A stretch of 62,842 nucleotides of DNA, filler included, from Globobulimina sp. (GCA_003354225.1; 53 parts of 53 records of this genome joined end to end with filler, not necessarily neighbours in it), one strand, 5' to 3'; counted from the whole stretch's first letter, positions 11,784-24,851 are shown. The notes: generated from the sequence alone by a model not told the origin. Made by a program: numbers and translations.

Positions 11784-12097
11784 NNNNNNNNNNNNNNNNN
11801 NNNNNNNNNNNNNNNNNNNNNNNNNNNTTAATTAATTAANNNNNNNNNNNNNNNNNNNNNNNNNNNNNNNNNNNNNNNNNNNNATGTTCAAAAAAATATT
11901 ATTACTAATTATAGTATTTTTGTAACGCAAAAGGTTGAATTTTCCAATCAAACTGGTCCAAGTTAAATGGTTACTAAATTGTGGCCAATTAACTCAAACG
12001 TGATTCAAGAACTATTATCCCAAAGACAAACAAATCATGATTTTTTAGTGACTCACTGGGTGAAAATGGCACTCGCGACTTGAACTCACAGATAAAT

Positions 12098-12971
12098 ATG
12101 AACAATTCAACTGATTTGCCACACATACAATGTGAAACAAGCAGCAATGGCAAACGATTCGGCAAAATGCGTGAATGGATTTTAAAAAAACACTTTATGC
12201 CTCAGATCATACTGCAAATAAATCGGACTCAAAAATTACGGTACAATCAATATTTATCGAATGGATTTTGTGACACTGAATTTGTCAAAAACGACACTCA
12301 ATTTGCAGTGCTCGAAACAAGCAAATATCCGGAATTTGTATTTTTACAATCATCAAACCCACATAATTTATGTTTGCATTTATGGAATGATCCAATATTG
12401 AACAGATACCTGCATCAAACCTATCTCATTCAATGCGTAACTTCGGACATTAACTTCATAGCAACGCATCCGACACTGTTCATTACAAATGATAAGAACG
12501 AGAGTAAAATCATAAAACTGTTTGGTAACAAAGCATGTATTTCTATCTTAGGTCCCTTAATACCCAAACAATTACAACTAACACCCTCAGAAAAGAAGTG
12601 TACGCACATTATAAATATTGTGAAAGCATATCATAAATATTATTTCGGTATTTTCGATAAAAAGTATTGTTATGGCTACACGGCAACAAATGTTAAAGAA
12701 AAATGCAAGAAATTTGGCGATGCCTCGATATCCAGAGCTTATTACAAATTAAGAGAGGTTTTTTTGAGATATACTTCGTTTTTTAAACTATTAAATCGCC
12801 ATTTTGTTGCATTGGACATTGGTGCGAGTCCCGGCGGATGGACCAAATATTTGGTTGATAGAGGAGCGGCGCAAATTGTTGCAGTGGATCCGGGGAAACT
12901 GAAATTGGATGAAACTGCGATGCAAACTGTAAAATACTATGCGAAAACAATTGGGAAATGTATAATTGATG
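12098..12971 (+). CDS. FtsJ/RlmM-like SAM-dependent RNA 2'-O-methyltransferase, 3'-partial
   Basis: ISRAYYKLRE, ALDIGASPGGWT, VAVDPG. Confidence 0.85.
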
Positions 12972-13071
12972 NNNNNNNNNNNNNNNNNNNNNNNNNNNNN
13001 NNNNNNNNNNNNNNNTTAATTAATTAANNNNNNNNNNNNNNNNNNNNNNNNNNNNNNNNNNNNNNNNNNNN

Positions 13072-14159
13072 CTTTTATTGCGGCGATATTTCGGATCAAT
13101 TCTCGGGGATTCGATTGCATATTGTTTGAAATTCGGAAATTTTAATTTATGGACCATTCCGTCTTTCTTCTCAATTTTCTTAATCGTCGTCAACGTTTCT
13201 AAATCCAAACATAATAACTGCGAAAACGATAAATCAAATAAATTCTGTACATTTAAAACATAACACATATAAAACATATCCAACATAATACCAATTTCTC
13301 CCCGAACGACACACCGGAGGTTATTGATGGAGGCGATATGGCCATCTCCACACGCAACGCAATGCGGCATATTATTACAAATACGTGTCTCCGGGTGCCA
13401 ACATTGGCAGGTTGAGCAGATTTCCGTTTTTACTTTTTTCAAATTGCGGCGAATGTACGTAGATTCTTTTCCTTCGATTTCCCAGGCTCTTGCTTGGGCT
13501 GTTTTGCCTAAACCTTGTTGATGTAAAAAGACTTCACAAAGCCAGATGTCATGGAGTGGATGGCCGCACATTGGACAAAGTCTAATATGCTCTCCGATCC
13601 ATTCTTTTTTAAAATCCCGTTCATATTCATAGATATTGAAATTTTCGGTTCCAATCGTCAGACTTTTAAAACAATGGATAAACGACGGATGTGTACCAAA
13701 AATAGTGCATTTCCACAACACGGCATTTAATTTGCTATCGATATTTGCCACTTTCTCGTACAAATTGGCGATTTTAATTCTGAAATCATTGCCGCATAAT
13801 CGATTGAGTTCATGTTCCATGATTTCACTGTCAAACCAATCGAAGTCCGGAACCCTAACTTCCGGGTTATTCTTCATAAAATATAGCGTGGTGTCCGCCC
13901 ATTTTTTCATTTGCGCCAACGAAGGCAATTTATTCTCGGCGATCATTGCTTCCACAGCCTTAACTGCTTTGATATTGACGATATTCTGATATATATCCTC
14001 CACTGTATCTGCTTTGATATTATTATAGCGATTGAAAATCGGTATGTCTGAGCATGCCACGTCATTCTCTGGGTCTCCTTTCTTTTCCTCTTCTTCAAAT
14101 GCCATCTGGGCATCGTCCTCATTACCCCGGACGAAGCCAGGTTCATTTTCATTTTCATG
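13072..14159 (-). CDS. Zinc-knuckle (gag/ORF1-like) protein, partial at both ends
   Basis: CPMCGHPLHDIWLC, CSTCQCWHPETRIC, CVACGDGH. Intronless frame across the whole contig. Paralogous segment at about 45500-45660. Confidence 0.6.
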
Positions 14160-14259
14160 NNNNNNNNNNNNNNNNNNNNNNNNNNNNNNNNNNNNNNNNN
14201 NNNTTAATTAATTAANNNNNNNNNNNNNNNNNNNNNNNNNNNNNNNNNNNNNNNNNNNN

Positions 14260-15284
14260 TTCAGGACTATTCCATGTAATGCGTATAGATGCTTTTGTAG
14301 AGCCAAACCGACCAATTTTAACAGTAACAGCGGTTGGAGGTCCTACCCAACTATCTCTAAAGGGTTAAATATAGCGAATCATATGAGATTGTTTCAGCCA
14401 AATCAGTTACTAACTGTCTATGTTATGAACGTGAAAAAAGGTATAATCCCTATCAATTACCCATTATTGAGTGGAATAAACTAACACCCATTCAAATACC
14501 CACAGGTTAGAGACACACTGCATCACTTATGACTAGAACATGCATAAAAGCTACCGTTATGGAGGGAGAAAGCGGTAGTTAACATTGCCGACTGTAACGG
14601 TAGGCATTGTTACGTATTAAGAATATACATAATTTTGTGAATTTGACGAGCCCTAATATTGATATTATATCAATACAGCGTTTTCAAGCCATAATAAATA
14701 AAATGGATATATACTAATTTTACCAACAGTTTCATCAATAACACCGGATTGGTTTGTAGGAACCGTTTTAATCACCATACCAAGATTATTAGCACTAAAA
14801 ACAGATCGACCCATATCTAAAATTTTAAAAACTTAATCAGGCATAACTTCTATATATAGAATTACAGATACACACCATTCAGTGTAGGGATTGATAATTG
14901 TGTAACCGGCCCACAACCTAAAAATACCGAAAAAAGAGATTAATCAATATATATATTATATTAATGCATACATTTCGACACATTGTTACATCTCCCTGGC
15001 TTTTCTATGAATTTGGTGGTACAGAACATCTTGCATAGACGTTTTGGGACCGACAAGTAGGTCAAATTAGGGAATAAAAGGTTAATATCTATCGGCCGGT
15101 CGACTGAGAAGGTGATATCAGGGTTTTTAAGGGAGAATTTTTCAACACTTCCCGAATTGGCGATCACAAATTGATCTATAGTCAGTGGTCCTTTGCATAC
15201 ATACAACTTCTTCGTTAACTTGCAGTCACCATTACCCATTTGAACCGTGCAAAAAAACAAAACTAAAGTTGACAAAAATCTCAT
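14260..15284 (-). CDS. Multi-exon secreted/surface protein with signal peptide and the start of an FN3-like domain
   Basis: Signal peptide MRFLSTLVLFFC; several GT/AG-bounded small exons; last exon 14356-14260 reads GPPTAVTVK...SIRITWNSP. Middle exons are uncertain. Confidence 0.45.
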
Positions 15285-15448
15285 ATTTTATAATGTGATA
15301 ATTTATCGAATCATTTTATTTTGGCCGGATAATGGTTTATTAAAAAANNNNNNNNNNNNNNNNNNNNNNNNNNNNNNNNNNNNNNNNNNNNTTAATTAAT
15401 TAANNNNNNNNNNNNNNNNNNNNNNNNNNNNNNNNNNNNNNNNNNNNA

Positions 15449-16535
15449 TTATTGACGAGCCTGACTTCGATGAAAGACGCCGCCAACGAACTGGCCAAAG
15501 CCAAGCGGAAAGACCGCGGGGAGGCCGCCGAGGAGAGCGACGAAGACAGCGATGTCATTGACGATGAGATGGAGCGCATCTTTGCCACGGACAGGAAACG
15601 GGATAAATGGTTCAAACGCTACAAGTTGCACATGGTGAAAATGGTGCATTTGAAGGAGTCGCCGACCAACGAAGTGCCTTCGTTGGAGCTGCAGATCCAA
15701 TTAAGCAATTTGGTGCTGTCGCTGCAGAAACATTTCCATAAGAAACAGAAGCGACAGATACACAGTTGGAACAATAAATTGACGCACCGGAATCGGCGCC
15801 AAACCAAGAACTCGTTGAACCAGCATGCGTTATCTCAGCCGTATTTGTATCGGAATAACAATATCGCAGTGGCTGCCGGTGGCGGATCCGCGGGAAGGCG
15901 GAGTAAACGGAAACGGAAACGCGGTAATAATGAGTTTATGGATGGCAATAACAACAAAAGTATGTCGCCACCACGCAAAAAACAAAAAATATCTTCGAGA
16001 AAAAAGAAAAAAAAAGCAAGGAAATCCAAGAAAAAGACTAAAAAACACACACATATCTATACAGAGAGAAAAGGGAACGATGCGCGAGATAAATTGGACG
16101 GAGTCTGGGCGTTTGATTATCCGTCGTATGCCTTCAATTGGGCCGATTCCTGCGCGGTGTGCGAGCGTGGCGGCAATTTGATATTATGCGAAGGTCCCTG
16201 TGTCGGCTCCTTCCATTTTCAGTGTATTGGCTTAGCCGCAGAACCGAAGGATGACCCTTGGTATTGTCAGAAATGTAAGCAATTGAAAGCAAAACGAGAG
16301 GAAGTGTACGCATTAACTGGTGGGAAATCGTCGCGCTTTAAGCCCAATACGTATGTGATTAAGATTTGGATGGATAACAATAACAGCGATGACAATGATG
16401 TTCACGAGTTCCAAACGGAGTGTGTGTTGACTGCAAAATGTTTCTATCCCAGTGAGAAAAAAGCAAAAACTGCAAAATCGTCCAAATCCAGCCGCAGATC
16501 AACGAAAAGAAAGAAGAAAAGAAGTCGCTCTCAAA
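15449..16535 (+). CDS. PHD-finger chromatin protein, partial
   Basis: CAVCERGGNLILCEGPCVGSFHFQCIGL...WYCQKC; basic NLS-like tracts. Confidence 0.88.
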
Positions 16536-16960
16536 NNNNNNNNNNNNNNNNNNNNNNNNNNNNNNNNNNNNNNNNNNNNTTAATTAATTAANNNNNNNNN
16601 NNNNNNNNNNNNNNNNNNNNNNNNNNNNNNNNNNNTGCCTTAATTGAGCCTGGAAAATAGCATCTAAATTCTTCCAAAGAGAGTTTACATTCTTTTTTTT
16701 TGGCGTTTTTTCTTTGCGCGCTGACATGATGCTAGAAAAAGTAAAAACTATGGGTTTGATGAATTATATCTAAAAACAGACTCGAGAGTTGAGAGTTGAG
16801 AATAAATATAGATTGAGAACAGAAATAACAACATTGGCACCTGCAAATATATCAATGCGAGGCACTCAACATATCCCATTATCAACGAATATCCACACTC
16901 AAAAACACAAAAAAATGACAAAAAAATGACAAAAAAATGACAAAAAAATATCTAAACTAG

Positions 16961-17723
16961 CTAATATCCAGCCATTGTATGAGCTAAATCTGGATTATTC
17001 ATGATTTGTTGTTGTAATTGCACATCATTTTGAAATATATTTAGTTCTTCCTCACGTTGTGTATAATATTCATCCAATGCCTTTCCTCTTTTATCCATTA
17101 TATTTCTCATTCTTGCAATTTGTTTATAAATTGTGATTGGAATGTTTAAATCTTGTTTAATTTTGATTGCCAATTCTTTATTCATTACAACATCTTGAAC
17201 TTTTACATTACAATTTTCAATCGGACATTGATTGTTTTTTGTTTTGATACATAAATTACAAAATATATGTTTACATTCGGATTCATTCTCATTGCCAATA
17301 ATATTACATGGATTTATCACTAAATCATTACATATTACACATTGATATTCATTTACAATAACATCCTGTTTATTGAATGGAATTTGTGCATCGATATTAC
17401 ATAAAAATAATAATTTCTGTAATTGCTGTTTTGCGTTTTTATCATCAATATATTTACAAACATCAATGCAATGTCCATTTATTTGATGAATAGACAAAAC
17501 ACCACAGCCCACATTAAGCCATTGTTTCATATAATTACTGATAATGAATGGGCATTTCCTGCTTATTTTGCTAGTATCGGTATAGTCGATATTTGTTTGT
17601 AATAAATTAATTAATTCAACTTCATCATGTAATGAATTATTGAAACTATTCTGTTCATTTCTTATTTTTTTAACTGCTAATACCATTCCATGATAATAAA
17701 ACATAGTTTGATGCGGCGTTAAT
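16961..17723 (-). CDS. C3HC4 RING-finger protein, probably 5'-partial
   Basis: CVICNDLVINP...CKHIFCNLCI...CPIENC. Confidence 0.8.
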
Positions 17724-17919
17724 NNNNNNNNNNNNNNNNNNNNNNNNNNNNNNNNNNNNNNNNNNNNTTAATTAATTAANNNNNNNNNNNNNNNNNNNNN
17801 NNNNNNNNNNNNNNNNNNNNNNNAATATATTTAAAAAATATATTCTTTTTTTTTTTTTTTTTTTTTGCTGTTCTTGCTGTTTTTTGTGCTCTTCGCTCAG
17901 CCTCCGCCTCCTTCCTTGA

Positions 17920-18897
17920 ATGATGTCCGCTGCTGCCTCGACTCAGTCAACTGTGGGGTTGCCACCACCGCCTGTTCCGGCTGATGCAGTGTCGAATAAT
18001 GATGAAAAAGTCTCTGAAAAAGAATTGAAACGTAAAAGAAATCGAGAAAGAGCAATCACAGAATTAATAACAACCGAACAAACATACGTTTCTAATTTGC
18101 GTTTATTAAATGAATTCTATTACAAACCATTAACAAATAATAAAATTATAAAACAAAAATATATTCAATCCATATTTGGTGAAATTGAAACCATAATCAA
18201 TTTAAATGATAATTTATTGAATACATTAAAAAATAATGTGGAAAAGGACAAAATCGGTGAAGCAATGTTGCAATTTATACCATTCTTAAAAATGTATCAA
18301 AATTATATCAATAAACATCAACAATCGACAAAATTATTGAGTGAATTAATAAAAAATAATAACGAATTTAATGTTTTCTTGAATGAACAACAAAATAATG
18401 GCAAGGCTGGCGGTCAATCATTGCATTCATTTTTAATTTTACCCATTCAGAGAGTGCCGAGATATGAATTGTGTTTGAAAGAAATCATAAAATTGACGAG
18501 TGCCTCCAACGGCGACCTGGTGAATTTGCAGCAGTGCTTTGACTGCGTTTGTAATGTGAATAAGGCGATAAATGAGCGGATCAACGAGTTTCATGACAGG
18601 GCCAAAGTGAAGGCCATCGAAGAGAGGTTCGGTTTGGGTCAGAATATATCGTTGGTGGCCCCCGCGAGGACCTTCATTCGCGAGGGATATCTGTTGAAAG
18701 TGTCGCGGAAAAAGGACATCAAATATTTATTCATCCTGTTCAGCGATTTGCTGATTTATTGCTCCTCCAACTCCAACAACAAAAAACTAAAACTACATCA
18801 CCGATTACCCTTCGATTTGTACTTCAAAGTGCAACGCGTTGATAATAACCGCAAATATGGCAACAAATGCTTTGAATTGAATTCGAGCACGAACTAA
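17920..18897 (+). CDS. RhoGEF with DH-PH domains (FGD-like)
   Basis: ELITTEQTYVSNL, FLKMYQNY, SFLILPIQRVPRYELCL, FIREGYL, FILFSDLLIY. The 3' end is probably truncated. Confidence 0.93.
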   Translation: MMSAAASTQSTVGLPPPPVPADAVSNNDEKVSEKELKRKRNRERAITELITTEQTYVSNLRLLNEFYYKPLTNNKIIKQKYIQSIFGEIETIINLNDNLLNTLKNNVEKDKIGEAMLQFIPFLKMYQNYINKHQQSTKLLSELIKNNNEFNVFLNEQQNNGKAGGQSLHSFLILPIQRVPRYELCLKEIIKLTSASNGDLVNLQQCFDCVCNVNKAINERINEFHDRAKVKAIEERFGLGQNISLVAPARTFIREGYLLKVSRKKDIKYLFILFSDLLIYCSSNSNNKKLKLHHRLPFDLYFKVQRVDNNRKYGNKCFELNSSTN

Positions 18898-19011
18898 TTC
18901 TTAGTGATCACNNNNNNNNNNNNNNNNNNNNNNNNNNNNNNNNNNNNNNNNNNNNTTAATTAATTAANNNNNNNNNNNNNNNNNNNNNNNNNNNNNNNNN
19001 NNNNNNNNNNN

Positions 19012-20099
19012 CCTTTTGGCCTGAAGACAGACCTTTTTGGTTTGTTGGGCGAACGACAATCGTCGATCTACCAAAACTCCAAGATATTTAAATTCTTCTA
19101 CTTGCTCAAGCTCATTTTGATCCAAGGTGAGAGGATTGGAAAGTTTTGGGGGTGTTGGATGTAAGCCAAATACCATGTATTTGGTTTTGTTATGGTTTAG
19201 ATTAAGTTTTAGAGTTTTAACAGAATTTTGAAATAAATTTATGTCACCCTGGAGAGCAACAAGATCTTGAGCGTTCGATATAGGTTTGACTAAACATGTA
19301 TCATCAGCATATAAATACAGATCAGTACCCTTACTATATTTCATCTTTGTAACAGAGTCGATGTAAGCCAAAAACAAATCGGCTGCAATACAGCTGCCCT
19401 GAGGGACTCCACTCAGTATATTTCGCTCAGTAGACAGTTCATCATCTATTTTGACACGATATTTTCGAGATGATAGATAAGAAGAGATCCATTTTAGTAA
19501 AAAAATAGGAAACTTGTATTCTTCTTTCAACATATGTAATAGTTCTGAGTGTTGTACTTGGTCGAAAGCAGCCTTAATATCGAAGTAGACTGCTGCTACT
19601 TTGGGCGTTTTATTTAGCCCAGATGTCACAGAATGAATGAAATTGGCAAGGCAGTCAGTAGTCGACCGGGCAGTGCGAAATCCAAATTGAGAATTTGAAA
19701 TGTTGCCACCAATAAATCGCCACATTAAACATTTGACATGCTTTTCCATAATCTTTGAGAGGATGTTAAGTAAGGCAATGGGTCGAAAGTCTTTAGGACT
19801 TTTTGGAGGTCTGCATTTTGGTACAGGTGACACAAATGCTACTTTCCAATCTGAGGGCACACAACCTTCGATCAGCGATTTGTTGAATAATTCAGTTAGA
19901 ATAGGAGATAGGACATTAGCACATTCTCTCAGGAAAATAGCCGGAATTTTGTCAGGGCCGGGTGACTTGTTGGTTTTTAAATGTAGTAATTGATGGTACA
20001 CCCAACGTTCCGAGCATTTGTATTCATTAAGGACATGTTCAGTTTCATATATAGGCAAGTCAGATGTAGGTATTTGCCAATTTGCATCAAAGTGGTTTG
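19012..20099 (-). mobile_element. Non-LTR retrotransposon reverse transcriptase (CR1/L2/Jockey-like), internal fragment
   Basis: KSPGPDKI, FRPIALL, QFGFR, DIKAAFD, GVPQGS, YADD, FKYLG; uninterrupted frame. Confidence 0.95.
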
Positions 20100-20684
20100 N
20101 NNNNNNNNNNNNNNNNNNNNNNNNNNNNNNNNNNNNNNNNNNNTTAATTAATTAANNNNNNNNNNNNNNNNNNNNNNNNNNNNNNNNNNNNNNNNNNNNT
20201 TCAGTCGTCATTGATGTTCAAGTAAGGTTTTCTTACTGGTTTTATTTGTAAAAGCAATGGAGTCTGGACTTGCAGAAGGATGGGATATGGAATGTATGAG
20301 ATGCAGTTATGGTGCTAATGTTCAATATTTCAAGCATTAGAAATAAATTAGGACAAGATTTCGCATCAAAAACATTAAATATTATGGACACAATAATGGG
20401 AAAAAACGAAATTTTTGGCGGATCAATATCCTTAAAGTCAAACGGAATTATGAACACTAATTATTACAGCTGTGTAACTGTCATAATTCCGTATAAATAA
20501 TATAATTGACTATTATTGTATCAGCTACTATCCTATTTATTCCGAATTACTATTGGGAATTTTCGGTGCTACTCATACTCTTCTTTCTTTTCAATTTCTC
20601 TCGTGAAAATTATTAGAATCTCTTATTTTTTTCCTTTCATTTAACACACAAACTAACACACAAACTAACACAATTAATACACAG

Positions 20685-21287
20685 ATGTCTGAAAATAAAA
20701 TCTATCAGGAAGACATTGAAAGTACTCAAACCTTCGACATTATTCACGCGTGTACAAATATTGGTATTAAATCGAGGTTTGAACAATTATTGGTGAAGAA
20801 TGACAACGGATCTCCATTTCTACACAAGATTTTCGACAGACGTACTGTAATCAATGAAGGTGACAAAATGATAATTCCGAACCCTATTTTTGATCGGAAC
20901 AAAGACAAACATACCAAAAAAGAGATTAAATTATGCCTCAGTTCCAAAAACACATATCAAATCATTCCGAATCAAAACAACAATTCCGTGATCGATTTAT
21001 TACGTTCGAATTATTCGGTGACCCCGTTGACTGTACCTGCATTGTTGCCGTCATTGATGCATTCCGGAATTTATTTGGGAGAAAATCTGAAATTATTACC
21101 GACAGCGTTTGGAAATCATTTAATGATCGGTATCATCACTGATAATATTAGAACAAAATTTAAGTTTTCAGCAATGAATCAAAAACCTGATTTTGTGCTG
21201 CCAACTGCCAGTGAGATGTGTTTGATTCAAGGCTGCGGGGTTGTTACGCGTGGGAAGTACGGAATTGAGTTTCACTTAGTGGTGGCG
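20685..21287 (+). CDS. Hypothetical protein, 3'-partial
   Basis: Open frame of about 200 aa preceded by short aacacacaaact repeats; family not recognised. Confidence 0.5.
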
Positions 21288-21387
21288 NNNNNNNNNNNNN
21301 NNNNNNNNNNNNNNNNNNNNNNNNNNNNNNNTTAATTAATTAANNNNNNNNNNNNNNNNNNNNNNNNNNNNNNNNNNNNNNNNNNNN

Positions 21388-22475
21388 ATTTAAATATATT
21401 CAAGAATGCAAAAACAAATGATGTGATTAGGAGTCGTCATTTTGAGAAAAATAAATGTATATTTTTCTTAGAGTGCACACCAAATGGATGGAGTAAGACG
21501 CCAGATTGTAATGTCTGGTGTGCTGTATCTGCTTTACCCTCAGGAATATTTAAAGTGGAAGTACAATTTACATACTCATGCACAGAAGTTGGATATAGAG
21601 GTGAAAAAACGCAAACATTGGGAATAATTAAAAATAGAACAGGTCGATCGCGACTTTCTACCACAACACTAACAAATACAACATTGAGTCAATACAAGAA
21701 TCTAAAATCGTTTTCTTATAAATTGCAAATCAAAGTGTTGAGATATTATAATAAAAATGGTCAGGTGGTTGATAAGAAAAATATTATGCAATATGGTGAT
21801 ATGATTCAAGAATTAATTGCAAAGAATTTGAGTTTAGAACAAGCATTAGACACTGCCTGCGCTCATAATACAGAAGTTATGTTCTGTGCAATTTTTGTCA
21901 AATGATGTTATGTGCAATTTTGTTGTGTATAGTTACATTCACAAGTGAATCATTTGAACAGTAAATTGGCTAAATATGAATTAAAAGATAAAAATAATGA
22001 AATATACATTCGTGATTCAGTATTTTTGTATGACACAAAGGATAAACAATGCATCAATCCAAGAGAGGATATTGAGCGACATCAAAAAGTTATAAATGAT
22101 GTAGTCATGGAACACAATGCGACAATGAGAGAATGGCTGATAGAGACTGGGGAAATGAGCAAACTGTATACCCAATGTAAGCATAACTTGGATGAAGAAA
22201 AAACTGATGCAAATACATCATTGTTATTATCATCATACATTCAATGTAAACAATTATGGCAGCAACAACAAAATAAAATGGAATCCATCACTGGAATTTT
22301 ATCGCGATTAACTGCACAAAAAAAACAATTGAAAGTTACGTGATCATAATATTTTATATTTTTTATATACATAAGTGACATAAGACATTAATGTTAGATT
22401 TCTGTGGCTGGTCATGATAAAAAAGCAAAAGTGACATCGTCAGAGTATCAACAGGAATTACAGAAATATGAAGAA
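21388..22475 (+). CDS. MATH-like domain + coiled-coil protein; introns 21876-21932 and 22335-22397
   Basis: FFLECTPNGW MATH-like strand; both phase-0 GT-AG introns keep the frame open. Confidence 0.65.
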
Positions 22476-22575
22476 NNNNNNNNNNNNNNNNNNNNNNNNN
22501 NNNNNNNNNNNNNNNNNNNTTAATTAATTAANNNNNNNNNNNNNNNNNNNNNNNNNNNNNNNNNNNNNNNNNNNN

Positions 22576-22965
22576 GCCGGCAAACACGCCGTTGTGAGAG
22601 ATTTCATGGTTTGCTAATTGCAAGGCGTGGTTGACTGTGGCGCCGTAAATGTACATTACTAAAAACCAGACGGTCCAGGAAGAGGCGCCAATCCATGATG
22701 CGATCCATAACTGAGAGAGGGAGATGGCGACCACGATGTAAAAGGTTTTGATTTCTGCGCCGAATAATTTACGAATCTCTGGGTGCGCTTTTAAGATTGC
22801 TTTGCGACGGGAAGCATGCGGCTCGTCGGAATAGACCCATTCAAAATCGTCCTTGCTTTTCGAGTAATTGGTGTGGCCGAATGGTTGGGAGGGCGGTGCT
22901 GTGTAGGCTCCTTTGGTGCCTTTGGGGAGGGTCATAGGACTTACTTCTTTGTAGGAAGAAGTCAT
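22576..22965 (-). CDS. DEGS1: Sphingolipid delta-4 desaturase (DES1), 3'-partial
   Basis: DFEWVYSDEPHASRRKAILKAHPEIRKLFG and the first His box HEISHN. Confidence 0.93.
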
Positions 22966-23498
22966 GGCGAGGTGGAAACTGTTGTGACAGAGAGGAAAGG
23001 TTTTTGTTTTTTTGTGATTTGCTGGAAAGATAACCCCACCTCGTTTGGATAACCCCCACTGCTTTGTTCTGGATTTGCAAACCCAAGACAAAGTTATAAC
23101 AAACACAGAACAAACTCAACACAAAGCTATAGCAAACCGTTTCTGTATAAAAGATAATTGAATAAAATGTATACAACTCCTCCTGTATATCATTATCTCA
23201 GTTCACGTCTGTTGTAAATGCAAGATAAATATTCGGTATACATGGGTGGGTTATCTTCTAGGCAGAGAACGTGTTTCTAAAAAAGAGTTTTCATTTTAAT
23301 TTTACCATCCTAAGAGACCATCTCTTCGCAATTTAATCACAAAGTACCATCTATTCATATATTGTTTAATATATAATTTGTATTATTACTACTTTCGAAA
23401 CGATGCAACTTTGTAAGTGTGGCTTTTTTTGATTCCTCAAAACTTTTAATTTCCTAAAAACAGTACTTTTTTTAGATTTTTGGATTTCCGTGAAAAAA

Positions 23499-23663
23499 AT
23501 AATTCCCATGATTCCCTTAAAAAACAATAATTCCGATGATTCCCTTAAAAAAAATACGGAAAAAAAGTTGAAAAGAATTATTGTTTTCAAGGGAATCATG
23601 GAAATTATTGTTTTTAAGGGAATCATGGGAATTTTTTTTTTAAGGGAATCATCGGAATTATTC
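23499..23663. repeat. Foldback-like inverted repeat built from approximately 25-bp tandem subunits
   Basis: Two copies of aattcc(c/g)atgattcccttaaaaaa face three copies of aagggaatcat(g/c)g.aatt. Confidence 0.75.
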
Positions 23664-23816
23664 NNNNNNNNNNNNNNNNNNNNNNNNNNNNNNNNNNNNN
23701 NNNNNNNTTAATTAATTAANNNNNNNNNNNNNNNNNNNNNNNNNNNNNNNNNNNNNNNNNNNNGGAACCATTAACATTTTATTATTAACCTATTTTCCTT
23801 CCGAATTTTACAATAC

Positions 23817-24326
23817 ATGGAGAAAATTCTCCAATTGACATTTCTAATGTATATTACATTTTTAATATTACCATTACTGTTTCTTAAATATAATTTAACA
23901 TCACCAGTATCACAATATGTTATAATTAATAAAAATGACACATTTGCAATTTTAACAGAAACTAAAAAAGAAAAATGGGAAAATGTGTATGAATATTTAC
24001 AAAATGGGCTCCGTCCATGGTATTCTGCAGAAATTGATACATTTTGCAAACGTACAAATATGAGTTATAGTGAACTTAAGGAAATAACATATCCAAATGG
24101 AACATATGTAAAAGAATTTAAACAGCAATTTAATAATGACTGGCTAAACGTCTTTGTCTTTAATGATGTATGTTATGTTGGATTGCAATCAAGAAAGAAA
24201 GATTACAATCGAGACAAACAAAATGGTACAAATATTGTTGAAAAACGGATACAAAATGGATATTATAACAGGAAAAAACGTAAACGATTTGGAAGAAAAA
24301 GACACATTGCAATTGGACAACATTAA
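23817..24326 (+). CDS. Type II membrane/signal-anchored hypothetical protein
   Basis: N-terminal hydrophobic anchor; 169 aa ORF. Confidence 0.45.
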   Translation: MEKILQLTFLMYITFLILPLLFLKYNLTSPVSQYVIINKNDTFAILTETKKEKWENVYEYLQNGLRPWYSAEIDTFCKRTNMSYSELKEITYPNGTYVKEFKQQFNNDWLNVFVFNDVCYVGLQSRKKDYNRDKQNGTNIVEKRIQNGYYNRKKRKRFGRKRHIAIGQH

Positions 24327-24478
24327 CTCAGTGCATCTGATGTAGGGCTGGGATGTCGGTCAATATTCCTGACCAAAAGTCCGAATTTAATATATCTGTA
24401 AGATCATGATGAGCTCAACGATTTTTTTCTCAACTTTTTGCAAACTATTTTTCAACCTTAAATTTTACTCCGTACACA

Positions 24479-24851
24479 ATGATTGCAGTGGTTATTTTAT
24501 GTGCATTTATTTTTGGTGGACAAGCTCAAGATAATTGCGATGGTTCGTATAATTTGAATATAAATAGTTATTTATGGTTTGCAAATAACCAATGGGGCAA
24601 AGACAGCGCCAGCTCCTTTAAACAATGTATTGTAAAAACCTCATCCGGAGGTTATGAGGTTGATTATACCATTACAGGCGGAGGTGGCGTAAAATCGTAT
24701 CCATCAATTGATGCCGGCTGGGCATGGGGTTATAGGATGGGTCAGGGAGCCGGAGGTTTACCATTCAGAGTCTCCAATACTTCCGTCCGAGCAAATACTG
24801 CCTGGACAGTCACACATCAACATTGAGGCGGTAATGAAGTATATGATATCG
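24479..24851 (+). CDS. Secreted glycoside hydrolase family 12 (endoglucanase/xyloglucanase), with in-frame TGA at 24824-24826
   Basis: Signal peptide; NNQWG, QCI, VKSYPS, LPFRVS; the frame continues past the TGA as GGNEVYDI. Confidence 0.75.

Noticed and set aside
16905-16950. aaaaaaatgac x3 repeat
   Set aside because: Simple low-complexity repeat in an intergenic region; no further structure.
23366-23711. ORFs 23366-23626 and 23490-23711
   Set aside because: They are translations of the foldback repeat subunits.
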